Assembly: GCF_964355755.1 (NCBI RefSeq)
Contig: NC_092671.1
Span: forward strand, 14,694,001-14,758,000
From: Antedon mediterranea
Lineage: Eukaryota > Animalia > Echinodermata
Direction: 5' to 3'
DNA: 64,000 nt
Of this stretch, positions 57,401 through 64,000 are shown one piece after another (the first letter of the stretch is position 1; each line of letters begins with the position of its first letter). The notes beneath the pieces are model-generated. The model made no database searches. It was not told the DNA's origin and was given only the letters and a program-made list of their open reading frames with translations. Made by a program: the position numbers and the translations under genes.

Positions 57401-60400
57401 TCAAAAATTCCCACGCGTGCGCACATTTTTACGTGTGCGGTGCGCACGTAGCATTGAAAACGTATTTTTTTCGCGTGATTTATGTTTTTCCAGCCTTTTC
57501 TAGCAATTTTACCAAATTTTAAACAATTTCGACTTAAAGATACGTCATACGAGCACGTCGAATTGGACAATTTGCGCGCGTTTTTTATGAAAAGGTTAAA
57601 AAATTCGTTTAAAATATGCCTTTTTTTAAACAGTCGTAATTTCTAAACTAGACGGTCAACTTGTTGTGGATGACATATTCTGGAAGTAGATGAGTTGTAG
57701 ATATCGGATCAGGTATTAATATGGCTAACCGGACATTGTGACGTCATCGTATGGCCACGCGAATATAAAATTTAGGATTTTTGTATCTTTCGTCATAACT
57801 CATCACATTGAATAGAGCGCATCTCCACCTATTCGTTTTCCATTTTCACCCTGATTTTGATATTGTCTAGGTCAATCAACTATCTTTCGCATGAGTTAAA
57901 AATATTTTAATTTTTTTGACGTCATCATGCCTAAAAATTTAAATCACGTGTGGCATCAATTTCATCTTTACAGTAAATTTTAATCTGTTATAGCTCGTAA
58001 GAATAAAATGTGATAATCACGATTAAAACTTTTTCTGGAAGCTATTGGATTGTAGATACGAAATTATGTAAAAATGTTGCCAATCGGATGTTGTGACGTC
58101 ATCATATGGCCAGTTAATGAAAAAGGTCGTATTTTCATCTTTTGCGTCATAATTCATTACATTTAAAAGAGCGCGCATCAATATTTCACGTATTCAAATT
58201 TCTTCTACACGCTAATACGTTGTTGCTGAGATAATTTCCTTTCGGAATTGCTACCTTCGCGTTTTATTTTAAAACCGTCAACATGTTAAAAATTGCAATA
58301 AATAGCAGGTCCCGTAATTTCACCTATTCTACACTGTATGTCACTGTATGTGATATGGATACAGAATATACTGTGTATACTATATATGAATTTAAATAAT
58401 AAAATTCAGCAATAACAACATATCATATTCTTCAGTTCAGATCATAATGCCAACGTGAACACTTCCTTTTGTCCTCAACCTATCCCCTTAATGTTAATGT
58501 TGCACCACTTGCGCGGCGGATAACCAAACTCGTCAAAGTGACGAGTTACATGTCTAGTTCTTCTTTCTTTCTGTCATTTTTGTGCAGAGCGTATCTCTAA
58601 AACGTGTAAAGTTAACATTTTATAACTTTGTCAACATATGGGCAATCACGTGAAGTTGTGCTTTCCTATAATTGAATGACGTCAGAGTTGCGCAACATGA
58701 CTTACGCGCGTTTTTATGAATTTCGCGTATTTAACATAGATCGAAAACCATATAACAATTTAAATTGAAACTTAGCAAAAGTCTAATTTATATCGTGCGC
58801 TAACTTTTTGTGCACTAAAAATGGCATGTTTTACACAAAGTTACGCGCGCACGCGCGTTTAAAATTTTCCATTGCGAAAAATCAATTTCTAATCAACTTT
58901 ATACGCGTTTCATGTCATTTTGAGCATGTCAAAAATTCCCACACGTGCGCAAATTTTTACGCGCGTGGTGCACACGTAGCGTTAAAAACGTCATTTTTTC
59001 GAGTGATTTATGTTTTTCCAGCCTTTTCTAGTAATTTTACCAACTTTTAAATAATTTCGACTTCTAATTACGTCATACGAGCACGTAGAATATGATAATT
59101 TGCGAGCTTTTTTGATGAAAAACTTCAAAAATTCGTCAAAAGTAAGCCTTTTTTTAAACAATCGTAGTTTCTAAACTAAACGGTAAAAATTATTTTTATT
59201 ACATATTCTGGAAGTTGATGAGTTGTAGATATCAGATCATGCATTAATATGGCTAACCGGACATTGTGACGTCATCGTATGGCCACGCGAATATGAAATT
59301 TAGGATTTTTGTATCTTTCGTCATAACTCCTCACATTTAATAGAGGGCATCTCCACTTATCCGTTTTCCATTTTCACCCCGATTTTGATATTGTCTAGGT
59401 CAATCAACTATATTTAGCATGAGTTAAAAATATTTTAATTTTTATGACGTCATCATGCCTAAAAATTTAAATTACGTGTGGCATTAATTTCATCTTTACA
59501 GTAAATTTCAATCTGTTATAGCTCGTAAGAATAAAATGTGATAATCACGATTAAAACGTTTTCTTGAAGCTATTGGATTGTAGATACAAAATCATGTAAA
59601 AATTTTGCCAATCGGATGTGGTTACGTCATCATATGGCCAGTTAAATAAAAAAAGTCGTATTTTCATTTTTTGCGTCATAGTTCATTACATTTAAAAGAG
59701 CGCGCATTAATATTTTACGTATTCAAATTTCTTCTACACGTTAATATGTTGTTGCTGAGATAATTTCCTTCCAAAATTTCTACCTTCGCGTTTCATTTTA
59801 AAACCATCAACATGTTAAAAATTGCAATAAATAGCGGGTCCCGTAATTTCCCCTATTCTACACTGTATGTGATATGTATACATATTACACTGTGTATACT
59901 ATATATGAATCAAAATAATAGAATTCAGCAATAACAACATATCATAGTCTTCAGTTCAGGTCATAATGCCATAATCTTTTTCCGTGTGCAATATTCCAAC
60001 GTATGGCGTGGACGTGGCGTTTGTCGTGCGGATAACTAACTCGTCAAAGTGACGAGTTTCATGTCTAGTTGGTTATCCGCACTTGGCGGATAACCTCTTG
60101 TTATTGTCAGGATCTTTTTTTTTCTCTTTCTCTTTTTTCTTCTATTTTCTTCTTTCTTTCCACGATTTTTGTTCGCAGCGTATCTCTAATTCTGGCCAAC
60201 ATATGATTGTATAACTTTGTCAAAAGATAGCCCTGTAGCTGTAGATGTGCAAGAAACTTTTTTTTTCGAATTTCGAGTTGCGCAGCGTAAGTTACGCGCA
60301 ATTTTATGAATTTCAATGATTGATCATAGAATAAAAACTAAAAGTCATTTTGTATTGAAACTTGGTGAAAATTTAAGTCATAACATGCTCAAACTTTCTA

Positions 60401-63400
60401 TGGATTAAAAATGGCATGTTTGACAGAAAGTTACGCGCGCACGCGCGTTTAAAATTTCAAAATGCGAAAATTCAATTTCTAATCAACTTTCTACGCGTTT
60501 CATGTCATTTTGAGCATTTCAAAAATTCCCACGCGTTCGCAATTTTTTTACGCGCGCGTGCGCACGTAGCGCAAAAACGTCTTTTTTTTGCTTGATTTTT
60601 GTTATTTCAGCCTTTTCTAGTAAATTTATCAATTTTCAATCAATTTCGACTTAAAATCACGTCATACGAGCACGTAGAATTGAACAATTTAGGCACGTTT
60701 TTGAAGAAAAACTTCAAAAATTCGTCAAAATTAGACATTTTTTTAAACAGTCATAAATTCTAAACTACGTGGTGAACTTTTTTAAAATTACATATTCTGG
60801 AATTTGATGAGTTGTAGATATAGAATCATGCATTGATATTGCTAACCGGACATTGCGACGTCATCGTATGGCCACCCAAATATAAAAATAGGATTTTGTT
60901 CTCTTTCGTCATAGCTCGTCAAATTTAATAGAGCGCATCTCTACTTATTCGTATTCCATTTCACTCAATTTTTTTATATTGTCTAGGTCAATCAATTATC
61001 TTTCGCATGAGTTAAAAATATTTAAATTGTTATGACGTCATCATGTCCAAAAGCGTCAATAACTTATTTTCACCTATTCTGCACTGTCTTTAGTACGTAT
61101 ACAATATATAGTGTATACCGTATATACTCAGACGTGACGTAAAATAGAGAGCGCACTAACATTTTTTCAATGGCATAATCGTTTTTCTGCGCGCAATATT
61201 CGAACGTATGACGTGCACGTGGCTTTTGGGCTGCGGATAACCTAACTCGTCCGTAGTGACGAGTTCAAATCTAGTATTTATTTCTTTCTTTACACACTTC
61301 TCTCCCATTTTTTGTTGGCAGCGTATCTCTAATTCTGGCCAACATATGAAAGTATAACTTTGTCAAAAAATAACCCTGTAGCTGTAGATGTGCAAGAAAC
61401 TTTTTTTTTTTTATTTCGAGTTGCGCAGCGTAAGTTACGCGAAATTTTATGAATTTCAATGATTGATCATAGAATAAAAACTATATGTCATTTTGTATTG
61501 AAACTTGGTGAAAATTTAAGTCATATCATGCGCTAACTTTCTATGGAGAGAAAATGACATGTTTTACTGAAAGTTACGCGCGCACGCGCGTTTAAAATTT
61601 CAAAATGCGAAAAATCAATTTCTAATCAACTTTCTACGCGTTTCATGTAATTTTGAGCATTTCAAAAATTCCCACGCGTGCGCACTTATCTTACGCGCGC
61701 GTGCGCACGTAGCGCAAAAACATCGTTTTTTTGCTTGATTTTTGTTTTTTCACCCTTTCCTAGTAAATTTATCAATTTTCAATCAATTTCGACTTAAAAT
61801 CACGTCACACGAGCACGTATAATTGGATAATTTGCGCGTGTTTTTGATGAAAAACTTCAAAAAATCGTCAAAATTAGACCTTTTTTTAAACAGTCATAAA
61901 CTCTAAACTACGTGGTGAACTTTTTTAAAATTACATATTCTGGAAGTAAATGAGTGGTATTTCTCGAAACATGCATTGATATGGCTAACCGGACATTGTG
62001 ACGTCATCGTATGGCCACCCATATATAAAATATAGGATTTTTTTCTCTTTCGTCATAGTTCGTCAAATTTAATAGAGCGCATCTCCACTTATCCGTATTC
62101 CATTTCACTCAATTTTTTTATTTTGTCTAGGTCAATTAATTATCTTTCGCATGATTCACCATTTTTTTAAATTGTGATGACGTCATCATGTTCAAAGGCG
62201 TCAATAACTTTGGTCACTTATTTTCACCTATTCTGCACTGTATGTAGTACGTATACAGTATATAGTGTATACCGTATATACTCAGACGTGACGAAAAAGA
62301 GAGAACACACTGAAATTGTTTCAATGCCTTAATCGTTTTTCTGCACGCAATATTCTAACGTATGACGTGCACGTGGCTTTTGCGCTGCGGATAACCTAAC
62401 TCGTCCGTAGTGACGAGTTCAAATCTAGTTTCTATATTCTTCTTTCTTTCCACGAATTTTGTTGCACGCATATCTCTAATTCTGGCTAACAAATGATTGT
62501 ATAACTTTGTCATAAGATTGACCTATATCTGTAGATGTGCAAGAAACTTTGTTTTTTGATTTTCGAGTTGCGCAGCGTAAGTTACGCGCAATTTTATGAA
62601 TTTCAATGATTGATCATAGATTAAAAACCAAAAGTCATTTTCTATTGACACTTGGTGAAAATTTAAGTTATATCATGCGCAAACTTTCTATGGATTAAAA
62701 ATGGAATGTTTTACATAAAGTTACGCGCGCACGCGCGTTCAAAATTTCAAAATGCGCAAAATTCATTTCTAATCAACTTTCTACGCGTTTCATGTCATTT
62801 TGAGCATTTCAAAAATTCCCACGCGTGCGCAATATTTTTACGTGCGCGTGCGCACGTAAGGCAAAAACATGTTTTTTTTGCTTGATTTTTGTTTTTTCAG
62901 CCTTTTCTAGTAAATTTACCAATTTTCAATCAATTTCGACTTGAAATCACGTCATACGAGCACGTAGAATTGAACAATTTGCGCGCGTTTTTGATTAAAA
63001 AGTTCACAAATTCGTGAAAATTATGCCTTTTTTAAAACAGTCATAGATTGTAAACTACGTGGTGAACTTTTTTAAAATTACATATTCTGAAAGGTGATGA
63101 GTTGTAGATATCGAATCATGTATCGATATGGCTAACCGGACATTGTGACGTCATCGTATGGCCACTCGAATATAAAATATAGGATTTTTGTCACTTTCTC
63201 ATAGCTCATCACATTTAATAGAGCGCATCTCCACTTATCCGTATTCCATTTCCCCCCATTTTGTTATATTGTCTAGGCCAATCAATTATCTTTCGCACAA
63301 TCTACCATTTTTTAAATTGTGATGACGTCATCATGTCCAAAAGCGTCAATAACTTGGGTCCCTTATTTTCACCTATTCTGCACTGTATGTAGTACGTATA

Positions 63401-64000
63401 CAGAATACAGTGTATACCGTATATACTTTGACGTGACGCAAAATAGAGAGCGCACTAACATTTTTTCAATGGCATAATCGTTTTTCTGCGCGCAATATTC
63501 CAACGTATGACGTGCACGTGGCGTTTGCGCTGCGGATAACCTAACTCGTCCGTAGTGACGAGTTCAAATCTAGTTTATTATTATTATTTGAATTTAATAT
63601 TTTTTTTAATGTGATTTTACAAGATTTAATAATTTTGTTTTAACGTTCTGCTATTTTTAGTAGGCAATTTCATCATTTTATATTAATATTATTTCCTATT
63701 TCAACTTTTAACTGTACTTGTTACAATCTGTGGTTTTATTGAATTCCATTTTTGTCATTTTAACTGTCTTTTTATTAAGAAAATATAAAGAAACAAAAAT
63801 TGAATTGATTATTTATTTTGATATTGTCAAACAAACATTGCACATATTAAACCTCAATTCCTGTCAACAAATTCTAAGAAAAGGAACCTTCCTAAATAAT
63901 GTACTATAATAACAATATTTTTTTCGACTACGTTAATATGAATTTTAAATTCACAGATCCTGAGTCACTTTTACAAGCTGTTGTTTTTGTTGAAGATGCT
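51472..64000 (+). CDS. TPCN2: Two-pore channel 2 (TPC2), 5' part only: exon 1 51472-51589, exon 2 from 63957 beyond the window
   Basis: aaaATGG start and phase-1 donor GCA|GTAAGT. Joining to acceptor ttcacag|63957 gives MATEEMPESAYSILTNSMYSSTEIEHELLSGRDDRSDLC-N-PESLLQAVVFVEDA, which matches the TPC2 N-terminal QAVVF(I/V)EDA motif. Only 44 nt of exon 2 are visible. Confidence 0.75.
51882..53138. mobile_element. Non-autonomous TIR element with TA flanks and an internal ~70-80-bp tandem repeat
   Basis: TA|CGGTCGAAGCGGCCGCCA..ATTTGTATGGAACGCCGTGTGCGCTTT vs AAAGCGCACATGGCGTTCCATACAAAT..TGGCGGCCGCTTCGACCA|TA; internal repeats at 52480-52720. Confidence 0.7.
53320..53865. mobile_element. Kolobok-like MITE (longer subfamily)
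   Basis: TTAA|AGATGTATTGTCCCTT ... AAGGGACAATACATCT|TTAA; perfect 16-bp TIR. Confidence 0.85.
53871..63573 (+). mobile_element. Cluster of 7 co-oriented, partly nested Helentron-like (HINE) elements of 1.15-1.7 kb
   Basis: Heads GTTATCCGC..G(C/A)GGATAAC at 53871, 53940, 55156, 55225, 56946 and 60070. Tails (GCGGATAAC + AACTCGTC..GACGAGTT hairpin + CTAG) end at 55154, 56928, 58557, 60068, 61274, 62428 and 63573. No Rep/Helicase ORF. Confidence 0.85.

Noticed and set aside
53797-61459. ORFs in the HINE array (MKFIK..., MSNSTCSY..., poly-K/poly-F) as Rep/helicase or transposase
   Set aside because: They are short, have no HUH or helicase motifs, and recur only because the DNA is repeated.

Overview
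AT-rich, intron-containing eukaryotic (animal, probably marine invertebrate) genomic DNA; not prokaryotic. I assembled exons by hand from GT-AG junctions with consistent phases. They give three complete genes: TBC1D15/17-family Rab-GAP (minus, 15 exons, ~637 aa), RAB21 (plus, 7 exons, 223 aa, head-to-head with the TBC gene) and MRPS35 (minus, 9 exons, ~457 aa, with an unusual Ser/acidic C-terminal tail). The 5' part of a fourth gene is also present, a two-pore channel TPC2 (exon 1 at 51472, exon 2 at 63957). The non-coding part is rich in non-autonomous elements: Helentron/HINE-like, Kolobok-like, Tc2/pogo-like, Harbinger-like, MULE/foldback, a tRNA-SINE and a Penelope-type palindrome with a decayed hammerhead core. 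The most unusual structure is a ~40-copy 106-bp tandem array whose unit looks like a complete splicing cassette (48-nt exon plus 58-nt intron). One exon frame reads EHTYGCTDTRLLEPIT, with mostly synonymous variation, and the array lies downstream of an unannotated CCAAT-box promoter and spliced leader exons. Also unusual is a 9.7-kb nest of self-targeting Helentron-like elements inside TPC2 intron 1. All family assignments come from recognising sequence by eye; no database searches were run.
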